A stretch of DNA of 64,000 bases from a virus (lineage: Duplodnaviria > Caudoviricetes), in the IMG/VR virus record IMGVR_UViG_2974613666_000001, positions 81,401-145,400 of that record; one strand, 5' to 3'. The position numbers and the translations under genes are program-made. The notes under the pieces are model-generated. The model was given only the letters and a program-made list of their open reading frames with translations, ran no database searches and was not told the origin of the DNA. Below, one piece after another: positions 37,841 to 47,386 of this stretch (positions are counted from its first letter, which is position 1; each line of letters opens with the position of its first letter).

Positions 37841-38638
37841 ATGGTTCAAACAAATAACAGCGTCCAGCTACTTGGTTACTATGGTGGGGATAAACGGGTA
37901 TGTTTATCGGCTTGGCAGTCCACAACGGAAGAACTAGGACTAGAACTGCCTGACAATATACATGACCGTGTGGATGTTATTTTCCAGCACATAGCGGTGC
38001 AAAAAAAGAAATCACCTTTTGAGTTATTACAGTTTTTAGCCGCTAATAATCATTCAACACCGTTCGAGAAGGCTATTCTAGATTTTCAGATTACTGCTGA
38101 CCTTGCAAGCCATATACACGCGCTTAAGCACAGGATTTCATCTGTGAATAGTGAATCGGCACGATACAAAGAATTTCAGCAAGATAAGTATTGTATACCG
38201 GATGATTGGAAAAATACCTTAGCATCGTCTGAAATTTTTGATCACAATGGTGAAGAATTTGTAAGCGTGGGTGATAAATGGGAGGTTATTTTAGATTACT
38301 ACACTCAATTAGGTTTTAACTTATATCACCAAGCTTTAGCCGACCTAGAACCCGTATTAGGACGGAAAAGGGCAAAAGAGTCGGCAAGATACTTTTTAGG
38401 CTACAACACACAGCTTAACTTTGATTGGCAAATGAATTTTCGATCATTTGTTAATATTCAACAGTTGAGGAATGATTCACACGCCCAAAGGGAGATACAC
38501 CAAATAGCAAACACAATGCTTTATCTGGTTGAAACACTACCTGGAAACCCTTTTGAGTATTGCCTTAAAGCCTTCAATCTGAAATCTGATCCTGAGTTCT
38601 GTCTAATCAGAGGTTCCAAAAATGCGATTAATGAATGA
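37841..38638 (+). CDS. thyX: Flavin-dependent thymidylate synthase
   Basis: HSTPFE, KHR...ESARY, NFRS...R..HAQ.EI. Confidence 0.92.
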   Translation: MVQTNNSVQLLGYYGGDKRVCLSAWQSTTEELGLELPDNIHDRVDVIFQHIAVQKKKSPFELLQFLAANNHSTPFEKAILDFQITADLASHIHALKHRISSVNSESARYKEFQQDKYCIPDDWKNTLASSEIFDHNGEEFVSVGDKWEVILDYYTQLGFNLYHQALADLEPVLGRKRAKESARYFLGYNTQLNFDWQMNFRSFVNIQQLRNDSHAQREIHQIANTMLYLVETLPGNPFEYCLKAFNLKSDPEFCLIRGSKNAINE

Positions 38639-38822
38639 CCCCACACCCTCAAACGACGATCGCCTTGCAGTCCTTGGTCTGGCTTTAGCCGTGATCGCTA
38701 TTGTTGCAGTGTTTGATTTGACTAACAGAAACACTCAACTCAGACAAATGCTAGATAACCAATGCCAGCCACAGCGACCGGGACAGATTCTAAACCGTGA
38801 TGTGGTTAAAAAGACAATATGA
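38622..38822 (+). CDS. Small membrane protein
   Basis: Single TM helix; coupled to neighbours. Confidence 0.5.
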   Translation: MRLMNDPTPSNDDRLAVLGLALAVIAIVAVFDLTNRNTQLRQMLDNQCQPQRPGQILNRDVVKKTI

Positions 38823-39124
38823 AGCACTCCGCAGACCTTAAACCCGCATTATTTCAAATCTCACCTGACCAGATCACTAACTATTTAATAGCTAACGGTT
38901 GGGTGATTGATCGGGTGGTTGACGGTCACTCTGTTTTCTCACTAGAACATGGTGACACGGGTTGTAAGCTACTCCTTCCTCAGCAAGATAACGATCCAGA
39001 TTACGCGCATAGGCTGCTAGATATTCTACTTGTACTACAACTAACGCGATCACCTTCCATTGGTGATATTGCTAATGAAATAAAGCGGCTTCAGGTAAAA
39101 CATAAAGCTTGCACCATTAATTGA
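38819..39124 (+). CDS. Hypothetical protein
   Basis: ATGA coupling; YL..NGW...LLP...DY pattern. Confidence 0.55.
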   Translation: MKHSADLKPALFQISPDQITNYLIANGWVIDRVVDGHSVFSLEHGDTGCKLLLPQQDNDPDYAHRLLDILLVLQLTRSPSIGDIANEIKRLQVKHKACTIN

Positions 39125-39325
39125 TTTCTTGTACCTACTAGCAGAACTAATTACTAAGAGCCACGATAACTACTGGTACTTTTTGTTTGGACATTACTTG
39201 CATGATTCAGTACCTGTAGCCTTCTTTATAGCTTCAGTAGATATTTTCCTTGTCTTAACCATTCTAGTAATGGCTCTGTTGATTATTAATTGTTTTCTCG
39301 AAATATTGTTTCTCCACGACTCACA

Positions 39326-39991
39326 ATGAAAAAAGGTAAGTTTATTGTATTCGATGGTGGTGATGGTTCCGGTAAAACCACACAACTAGAGCTAGCTGCT
39401 AAGTGGTTGTATGCTCACCAAATTCCCACATGGTCAACTAGAGAGCCTGGTGGTACTAAGTTGGGTCAACAGTTGCGGGAGATTTTGCTACACGATCAAG
39501 AAGTTTCCCCTATAGCTGAATTACTACTATATCAGGCTGATAGGGCGCAACACGTATTAGAGATAAAGAAACGTTTGCATTATGGTATATGGGTTCTGTG
39601 TGATCGCTTTACACTGTCCACGCTTGCTTATCAGGGTGCTGGACGGTATCAGCCCACAAAAATGATTGAGCAGTTGAACGAAATCTCAGCACAAGGACTT
39701 GAACCAGACTGGACATTTTTACTGGATATCGACCCTGCTATTGGATTAACTCGCAAAGGACACCAGCAAGCCTTGGATAAGTTTGAGCAAGAAGCCATCA
39801 GCTTTCATCAACGTGTGCGAGAATGTTATCTGGAAATTGCACACCATACTTTACTGGATTGTACAATTATTTACGCTCAACAGACCATAGAGAGTGTGTC
39901 TGCCCCAATTCATTATGTTTTGTCTAATTTAGCTGGTGTACCTATCACACCAGCTACAAAACCTAGCGATGCTCATCTTCTTTGTATCTAG
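39326..39991 (+). CDS. tmk: Thymidylate kinase
   Basis: FDGGDGSGKTT, TREPGGT, DRAQH, CDRF..ST.AYQG. Confidence 0.95.
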   Translation: MKKGKFIVFDGGDGSGKTTQLELAAKWLYAHQIPTWSTREPGGTKLGQQLREILLHDQEVSPIAELLLYQADRAQHVLEIKKRLHYGIWVLCDRFTLSTLAYQGAGRYQPTKMIEQLNEISAQGLEPDWTFLLDIDPAIGLTRKGHQQALDKFEQEAISFHQRVRECYLEIAHHTLLDCTIIYAQQTIESVSAPIHYVLSNLAGVPITPATKPSDAHLLCI

Positions 39992-40023
39992 TCGATACGC
40001 TTCGCCTAAAGTGGTGTAAAATG

Positions 40024-40059
40024 GTGGGACATTTTAGTTCATAACTAAAATGTCCCCAC
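40024..40059. repeat. Long inverted repeat between tmk and the recombinase remnant
   Basis: gggacattttagtt-cat-aactaaaatgtccc: 14-bp perfect arms, no U-tract. Confidence 0.7.
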
Positions 40060-40089
40060 AATCTTTAAAAATACTGGCAGAAATGGTCG

Positions 40090-40984
40090 TTAGATTTTCA
40101 GAATCACATTTATCTCTCCACAGTCACACTCCACCTTTTCCACAAGATCCTGAAACAGCACGTACATTTCATCAACCGTCGCGCACTGCCAAAATTCCGG
40201 CTTAGAACCGTATTCAAGCAATTTCTCGTAAATACCTTCAGAACCTGCTGATTCTTTTTTTAAAGCGTTCAGCAGGTTATTTAATTTTGTCTGTTTTATT
40301 TGAATTATTTCGTTTAGATCATTATCGCCTAAACCTACCAATTTGCTTATTTGTTGCCTTAATTCCTTTATTTCAGCAGTTTCTTCTACTGTTCTGTCTA
40401 TTTGGATCGATCCAAGATCCGCTATTGTCTCAGCCGTTACATAAAACTTACTCAAACTTACCTATTTAGACTTTTCTATAATAGATAACTTGTACTAGAT
40501 GGGTAAAGCAAGCCACGTGAGCTTTCTCATTTAATCGTCTGAATTTGTGACCCTGGGAGGAGTTGAATTTGTTTTTATCCCTTACGGCTGCTGACATTGC
40601 TGCCAGTATTCGCATTTTAAACAAATCATCAGGTGTGGTTAGGTCTGTAGATCCTCCATCAAGGAACATTACGGTTACATTATGTTTCTGGAGTTCAAGG
40701 CTAGCTTGCTCCCATTGCAATGTGCTTCTGGTAAATCTGTCGAAACACGGGATAATTAGTTTTTTAATGGCTCCAGATTTGATTAGATCGAGAACCTTGT
40801 TATACCCCTTACGCTTATCGCTCGCTCCGCTTTCTATGTCCCAAAATATTTGATTATCATTAAGTCCCCAGCTTTTAAGTTGAGCTATATAGCGTTCAAG
40901 TCCATGACCTTCCTCAAACTGTTTTTGAGTAGAAACCCGACAATACCCCACGCAGTCACTATAATCTTTTAATCCAGTAACCAT
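40090..40984 (-). pseudogene. XisF-like large serine recombinase with central domains deleted
   Basis: 40466..40984 is the catalytic domain (GYCRVST, ESG, DRFTRS); 40090..40455 is the coiled-coil and C-terminal tail; recombinase and Zn-ribbon domains are absent. Confidence 0.7.
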
Positions 40985-41139
40985 AGATAACGCAGCCTGA
41001 TTAGTTTATTTTTGCCCATAGTATTATACATAACTGTATACAAACTGATAGACAAAAATTAAATAGAGTGCTTATATAGGTTTAAAGGCGTTGTCTCATG
41101 AATCCCGCGTTAAAAGTAGAATATAAAGAGGTAAAATAG

Positions 41140-42057
41140 ATGATTCAGCAAACAGCTAAACCAACAAGTTTAGCCATTGAGGCACTAAAAAAGATGCTGT
41201 CTAAAGATAAGGAGACTCCTTTCAGTAATGCTCTGTGGGATATAATACACGATCCTCAGATCCCTAATGAACAGCCACAGGAGAGTGAGATATCAGCAAG
41301 GGAATACAGAGAAGCTAAATATATTTGGGATTTGGTGCGCGATCCAAGCGTGACAGAGTTGGATCAGTTTACCGCTCTAACCCTTGAAAAATATGAGAGA
41401 GCTAATTCTATTTGGGAGAGGAATAAAGGACAGTCTCGTAAAAATCGCAAACCTAGGATAAGGTTATCTCTTGACGACTTTCAAGCCATGCTGATCAATT
41501 TATACGGCTTTGAAATTATTAATCGTAGTGCCACTCACAGGTTGATACATACTGCCAATGTTAGCGGTATCGCTAAATCAGCTAAAAGTATTAATAGAGA
41601 AGGTTTAGCTGTTCTATCTAATTTTGCTAATAGAGAAAATTACCCTGATGCCGAGTTTCCGCCAGAGGATTACCCTACTAGCTTTGATGTTCTTTTAGCA
41701 ATTGGTGAACAGACCATCCAAGATGTCTATGGTGAAGGTAATAATGAGGAAGAGGATGATAGCTATAATAATATTGCTGATGTCCGTTCCAATCTTCTAC
41801 TAGGTCACGATGGTGAGCTAACTGAAGACAGACCTAACAACCTAAGAACTTTAATCCACCACTTTCTAGCTAAAAACGGTGATAGGGATTTACATCTAGA
41901 TGGTCAATTAGCGATCACTCTTATAGACCTATTGTTTAAAACCAATCCCAAGGTTGATTTAACAGCTTTGTTAAAAATTCAAGCAATGCTTGGTATCCCT
42001 GCCGAGGCTTTCTTAGAAATGCTTCGCAGGGATATGGAGGATATGCAGCAGGGCTGA
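41140..42057 (+). CDS. Hypothetical protein, candidate regulator
   Basis: 305 aa, divergent from the recombinase; GAGGTAAAA RBS. Confidence 0.55.
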   Translation: MIQQTAKPTSLAIEALKKMLSKDKETPFSNALWDIIHDPQIPNEQPQESEISAREYREAKYIWDLVRDPSVTELDQFTALTLEKYERANSIWERNKGQSRKNRKPRIRLSLDDFQAMLINLYGFEIINRSATHRLIHTANVSGIAKSAKSINREGLAVLSNFANRENYPDAEFPPEDYPTSFDVLLAIGEQTIQDVYGEGNNEEEDDSYNNIADVRSNLLLGHDGELTEDRPNNLRTLIHHFLAKNGDRDLHLDGQLAITLIDLLFKTNPKVDLTALLKIQAMLGIPAEAFLEMLRRDMEDMQQG

Positions 42058-42481
42058 CTATTTCCTCACCCAAGGGTGGTCAAGTTCCTTAATAGCCTCA
42101 GCTAAGGTTGTTAGTGTTTTCTCCTCCAACATTGATGATTTATCTGAGGTATTTTGTGTATATGATTTTTGCTTTATGGTCTTTGTAGTCATTTTCTTAC
42201 TGGATTTATATTTGATAGCCCATAGACATTACTCTATGGTTTGGGAATGAATCGAGATATATCACATAAGTTCTTAACACAAATTAGCATATTTATAAGC
42301 TTAGGTGTGAGGTGTATCACCCCTTTTTGCCTTTGTGATTCTAGTCACAAGTATTAGAGCTTATAATCACTGCTAAATTGCTGTAAGCCTAATTTTTTCG
42401 TTACTGTATCAAGTCGTTAGCTGCTATATGTGAGGTCACTAAAAATTACTTCTCTTATCTTGTAAATTAAATATACCACTA

Positions 42482-42538
42482 ATCTCAAATCTGTGTTTTA
42501 ATATTTAAAGTGAAACAAACGAAACACAGATTTAAGAT
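42482..42538 (+). promoter_or_regulatory. 17-bp inverted repeat abutting the nrdJ start codon
   Basis: atctcaaatctgtgttt (42482-98) / aaacacagatttaagat (42522-38), 16 of 17 positions complementary. Confidence 0.6.
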
Positions 42539-45500
42539 ATGTCAACTAGCACAATAACCAATACACATGAGTATTTCGACTTAGTAAATCCCAGCTATAT
42601 CAGTTGGGAATTTTACTCGCAATATATTGACAAGGAACCTCCGTTTGGTGACTTGGGGTTAATTGTTTACTTAAGAACCTATAGCCGCTTTGTAGAGGAG
42701 TTAAGTAGACGTGAGAAGTGGTGTGAGTGCTGCTTGCGTACAGTTGAGTATTCTGTCAGCTTAGATAATAAAAGCCCCGTAGAGTGGAAAAAAGCTGAAG
42801 CTGAGAAGCTGTTTGACATGATGTTCAATATGCGTGGTTTCCCCGCAGGTCGTACATTATGGATGGGTGATAAGAACAAAGCGATCGCGCAAACAGCCAA
42901 TTTTAACTGCTCCTTTAGGGTTATAGACAGCATTTCAGCCTATTCTGAGATTATATATCTGCTGATGGTTGGTGCTGGCGCTGGCTTCTCTGTTCAAAAC
43001 GAGTATGTCTCTAAGCTGCCAACGTTTAACACTGATTTCAAAGTTGACCATATTCCATTTGTGAAACAGTCCAAGGTGGCTAATCAGGATGATACAGTGC
43101 TGGAACTTGCTGATGATCATGATTGGGGTTACGTATGTAAGAAGACCTTCACTGAGCAAGACCTAATTAAGCCCGAAGGCTACTTTATTCCAACCATTTC
43201 TGACATCTCTTTATATACTGAAGCCAAAATCACAGTAGGTGATAGCCGTGTTGGTTGGAGCAACGCATTACGTCTATTTTTAGAACTACTGACTCATACT
43301 AATATTAAAAACATTTCAATCAATTACAACCTAATCCGTCCTAAAGGTGCGAGATTAAAAACTTTTGGTGGACGTGCCTCTGGTTATGCTCCTCTTAAGA
43401 CGTTCTTCAGAAAAGCTGAATGGCTAATTAAGAACTGTGGTGGTAAATTTACCTCAGTAGTCGCTATGGATTTGGCTAACATAATCGCTGAAGTGGTTGT
43501 TGTAGCGGGTGTAAGAAGGTCGAGTGAGATAGGTATAGGTGATGCCTGGGATGTAGCTTTTAAGACAGCTAAGTATGACCTGTTTAGATACGATCCTGGG
43601 TTCACATCATCTGGTTTAGAACTCGTCTCAGACGACGGAAATATGAGTGCTGTTGAAGCCATAGCCGAAACGTATGAAGCTTTTAAATACCAGGTAACAA
43701 TTGCTGATATCATTGCAGACGATGCTGAACATGGTGGTCTACTTCCAACACTCGCCAAAAGATTTGACTTATGGGATACGCAAGATCCTAAAAACGTTGA
43801 GGTTCAAAAGCTTGTAGATTCAGTTGACCCTAAATTCCGCTACCGTGAAAGCCGTGTAATGTCTAATAACTCCATTGGGCTGCAAACTAAGCCCAGTCGA
43901 GAAGAGTTGGAAACTTTAGTCACTTTCATTAAGAATAACGGTGAACCTGGGCTATTTAACTATGAAGCGGGACGCAAACGCAGGGCTGATTTCCAGGGAT
44001 CGAACCCTTGTTTCACTGGCGATATGCGGTTGCTAACCTCAGATGGTTACAAGACTTTTTCTGATCTATCGGTGTCTGATGATATTGCTCTTGTAGATTA
44101 TGTCGGACGCGTACGCAGGGGTAAGGTATGGAGCAACGGTATCAAACCATGTGTTGAGTTAAGGCTCTCTAATGATGTCAAGCTTAGATGCACAGCAGAC
44201 CATAGATGGATGACTTCTCAGCAATCTAGTGTTCAAGCCTCGGAATTAAAAAATCAACAACTAATGCCTTTTATTTCCAAACCCTACCACGATAGTTCTT
44301 GGGTTAGGTATGGTTTCATTCAGGGTGATGGTAACACCAGCAGATTATTGAGCGAGACACATAAAGGGATTGAAGTTAATATCGGAGATAATGACACTGA
44401 TATATACGGCTTGTTTTCTAGCGTTAGCTTCACTAAGAATAAATCAGGCAGAGTGATATATCTCAACGACTCTAAAGATATGGCTGTTATCAGCCGTATT
44501 GGTTATTCTACCAGCACTCTACCTGAGAGGGTTTTACCTCTTTGCTACTCTAGTCTAAATAAAGCGGAAAAAGCTGCTTTTCTATCTGGTTGCTATTCTG
44601 CTAATGGGTCTGTACTTGTGTCTGCTAGGCATGTTACCTACAAATCTACTTGTAGAGAATTATTAGAGCAGATTCAGGATAGCTTACTAGAAGACTTTAA
44701 CATCAACAGCTACATCACCACTAATAAACCCAAGGATGTAGAGTTTGTCAATGGTTCTTATAAATGCAAGGAGAGTCACGACTTAAATATTGCCTCTTAT
44801 GAGGATAGGCTAGCGTTCTACAATCAGATAGGTTTTGCTCAAACCTATAAGACAGAGCGACTGCTGCATGATCTTATCAACTCTTCTCCATTTGTAACAT
44901 CTATCAAGAAAATACAACCTCAAGAAGTGTTTGATTTTAGTCTTGATTATGTACACCCTATAGATGGTGAGCTTGACACCCACTGGGGAGTAGTCGAGGG
45001 TCGTATAGCTCACAACTGCGGAGAAATCCTATTACGCAATAAGGCTGTGTGCAACCTCACAGAAGGAAATTTGAGAGCATACGTCAGACCGGATAAATCT
45101 TTTGACTTCCTCACATTTGAATCTGACCTACGCTTACTCACTCGTATCGGTAGCCGTGTGACACTAGTTAAAATGTGGCATCCAGATTGGGACACAGTTC
45201 AAAGTGAAGACCGCTTACTTGGTGTTTCATTGACTGGACAGTGTGACGCTTGGCTTGCAATGGGTAATCCTTCTGACACAGTTAAAAATGAGATTCTAGC
45301 TTTTGCCAAGAGAATAGTTAGAGATGAGGAAGAAAAGTACCACAGCTTCTTAGGTATCCCGCGCTCAAAACTCACCACTACTGGCAAACCAAGCGGAACG
45401 ATCGCCCAGTTGCCAACAGTATCAAGTGGTTGTCATCAGCCTTACGCACCTTACTACTTTCGTAACGTCAGAATTAGCAGCACTGACCCGTTGGCTAGAG

Positions 45501-45988
45501 TTTTACGTGAGGCTGGTGTACCAGTAGCGCCTAATGGTAATAAAGGCACTTTGGAAGAGGCAGATACTTGGGTGTTTACATTCCCAATCAAGACTAATGC
45601 TCAGATTAAGTCAGTTGACGAGCCTGTACTTGAGCAATTAGAGCGCTACAAGAACCTGATGCAGCATTACGTTGAACATAACCAATCAGTTACTATCAGT
45701 GTCGCGCCAGATGAATGGGATTTAGTGGTTAACTGGCTTGATGAGAACTGGGATAACTTTGTTGGTATCAGTTTCTTACCTAAGTTTGATTCAACTATTG
45801 GTGAAGACGGTAGCTTCCCTCAAATGCCCTACGTCACAGCTAATGAGGAAAGATACAACGAGATGCTCCCTAAATTCCCACGACTACAGGAAGACCAACT
45901 GATTGAGATGATTGCACAGTATGAGAAATCCCAAGAAGAATATACTCTTGAAGATAGCTGCTCTACGGGTGCTTGTCCTGTTCGGTAA
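42539..45988 (+). CDS. nrdJ: Class II (AdoCbl-dependent) ribonucleotide reductase, monomeric RTPR type, with intein
   Basis: YLRTYSR, PAGRTLW, FNCS, KTFGGRASG, VRRSSEI, NP|CGEI, KPSGT, C-terminal CSTGACPVR. Confidence 0.95.
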   Translation: MSTSTITNTHEYFDLVNPSYISWEFYSQYIDKEPPFGDLGLIVYLRTYSRFVEELSRREKWCECCLRTVEYSVSLDNKSPVEWKKAEAEKLFDMMFNMRGFPAGRTLWMGDKNKAIAQTANFNCSFRVIDSISAYSEIIYLLMVGAGAGFSVQNEYVSKLPTFNTDFKVDHIPFVKQSKVANQDDTVLELADDHDWGYVCKKTFTEQDLIKPEGYFIPTISDISLYTEAKITVGDSRVGWSNALRLFLELLTHTNIKNISINYNLIRPKGARLKTFGGRASGYAPLKTFFRKAEWLIKNCGGKFTSVVAMDLANIIAEVVVVAGVRRSSEIGIGDAWDVAFKTAKYDLFRYDPGFTSSGLELVSDDGNMSAVEAIAETYEAFKYQVTIADIIADDAEHGGLLPTLAKRFDLWDTQDPKNVEVQKLVDSVDPKFRYRESRVMSNNSIGLQTKPSREELETLVTFIKNNGEPGLFNYEAGRKRRADFQGSNPCFTGDMRLLTSDGYKTFSDLSVSDDIALVDYVGRVRRGKVWSNGIKPCVELRLSNDVKLRCTADHRWMTSQQSSVQASELKNQQLMPFISKPYHDSSWVRYGFIQGDGNTSRLLSETHKGIEVNIGDNDTDIYGLFSSVSFTKNKSGRVIYLNDSKDMAVISRIGYSTSTLPERVLPLCYSSLNKAEKAAFLSGCYSANGSVLVSARHVTYKSTCRELLEQIQDSLLEDFNINSYITTNKPKDVEFVNGSYKCKESHDLNIASYEDRLAFYNQIGFAQTYKTERLLHDLINSSPFVTSIKKIQPQEVFDFSLDYVHPIDGELDTHWGVVEGRIAHNCGEILLRNKAVCNLTEGNLRAYVRPDKSFDFLTFESDLRLLTRIGSRVTLVKMWHPDWDTVQSEDRLLGVSLTGQCDAWLAMGNPSDTVKNEILAFAKRIVRDEEEKYHSFLGIPRSKLTTTGKPSGTIAQLPTVSSGCHQPYAPYYFRNVRISSTDPLARVLREAGVPVAPNGNKGTLEEADTWVFTFPIKTNAQIKSVDEPVLEQLERYKNLMQHYVEHNQSVTISVAPDEWDLVVNWLDENWDNFVGISFLPKFDSTIGEDGSFPQMPYVTANEERYNEMLPKFPRLQEDQLIEMIAQYEKSQEEYTLEDSCSTGACPVR
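44009..45016 (+). mobile_element. 336-aa intein with LAGLIDADG homing endonuclease
   Basis: Starts CFTGD, block B TADH, motifs GFIQGDG and FLSGCYSANG, ends AHN before the +1 Cys. Confidence 0.93.
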
Positions 45989-46207
45989 TTAATTTATGGG
46001 GAGACTTTAAAACCTCCCCAACTGACTCCACAGGTACGATCGCTTCTCACCACGTCCGCAATTGAGGGAATAAAATGTTTCAGTCCTTCTCGCTCGAACA
46101 TTTGGTAGAACTAGCCACATTTTACCAACTCGCGCTACCTCTTATTTACCTAAAAAACAGATCGCAGCTAATACGTGAAATAGAGAATTATTATAAGGTG
46201 TTTGATT

Positions 46208-46579
46208 ATGCCAAAAGATAAATTTAAAACGGGTTCCCATTACTCCCACAGGTAATTACCTCCAGAAATTACGCCGCCGAAAAAGTTTAAAGGCTTTGTG
46301 ATCACAGCAGACTTTGCTAGTAAATTGGCTGAAAATAAGCAACTGATTACGCATTGTCAACCCGTAGCAGATAAGCCATTCACCGGAGTGGTTGCTGAGT
46401 TTGTGTTTGGCTCTGATGTCGTGATATTACCTAATACCGAGTTCAAACCAGATCCAGTAAATGAACTTTACCAACTAACTAATTCAGCTAATACTGATCC
46501 AGAACCCAACACTAGTGTGCTATCCGAAGTTGATCTTAGATTTATCAATAGTGGTTGCTTTTCTGAATATTTAGACTAA
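46208..46579 (+). pseudogene. Hypothetical gene with in-frame TAA at 46253
   Basis: ATG 46208 (AAGGTG RBS) is in frame with ORF 46298..46579, interrupted by one stop. Confidence 0.5.
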
Positions 46580-46612
46580 GTAACAATCTCCAATTACTAG
46601 AGGATTATAATC

Positions 46613-47308
46613 ATGACAGTAGAAAGAATCAGTCAGAAACGCGCATTTGGTCACGGTGACTCAGGTAAATCCAACTTACTCAATAACGAGCGCATTTACA
46701 AGGATGACGACGCTTGTAAAATCAATAGTGCTATAGAACATCTGAATAATCATATTCGCCTATTTTACAGCCGCTACAGTGTGAAATGTGTAGAGTTAAA
46801 TGCTGTATTAAGTTGGCTCAAAGATAATATCTATCAAATAGGGGGTTTTGCCTTCTATAAGGGCAATACACATGAGAACCAATCACTTCCTGTTACGGTT
46901 TTGGAGTATTTAGAGCGCGCAACTGAGAAGTTTCACGAAGATCCCCAGATTGGTATAGCGTCTGATTTTGTTGGACATACTTTAGAGAAATATATTTTAC
47001 TCGATACCATAAGAGTAGCCATCCGTGACTTAGAAATTACATGGGTAAGCTGGAAAGGTCACAGAATGGTTAATGAATATATCATTGACGAGGTGTTGGT
47101 AGAAGACCCAGTTAAAGCTCAACAAATAGCGATCGCTCGTCGCAACTATTCCCAATACTTGAATCGTCTTAGTTTATTTCTCTGGTTAGCTACCCGTCAG
47201 GAGTGCTACTTGTGCGGTGATTATGCTACTCAGGAATATTGGGATCGTGAGAGTAACGGCGAGAGTAAACCCCACGCTGCTTTGAATACTTTTATGGCTG
47301 CTGAGTAA
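46613..47308 (+). CDS. PduO-type ATP:cob(I)alamin adenosyltransferase-like protein
   Basis: GDSGKSNL...RIYKDD, IEHLN, R...R..E, YLNRLS.FLW.A.R. Confidence 0.7.
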   Translation: MTVERISQKRAFGHGDSGKSNLLNNERIYKDDDACKINSAIEHLNNHIRLFYSRYSVKCVELNAVLSWLKDNIYQIGGFAFYKGNTHENQSLPVTVLEYLERATEKFHEDPQIGIASDFVGHTLEKYILLDTIRVAIRDLEITWVSWKGHRMVNEYIIDEVLVEDPVKAQQIAIARRNYSQYLNRLSLFLWLATRQECYLCGDYATQEYWDRESNGESKPHAALNTFMAAE

Positions 47309-47328
47309 GTAGTAATTACATCCAATTA

Positions 47329-47360
47329 AAAACCACCTGATTTGATCAAATCAGGTGGTT
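47329..47360. terminator. Bidirectional terminator
   Basis: aaccacctgatttgatcaaatcaggtggtt perfect palindrome between convergent genes. Confidence 0.7.
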
Positions 47361-47386
47361 CATTTGTTTTATACCTTATCTACACT

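Noticed and set aside
40024-40059. Protelomerase telRL site
   Set aside because: The palindrome is short with a 3-nt asymmetric centre, and no protelomerase gene is in the window
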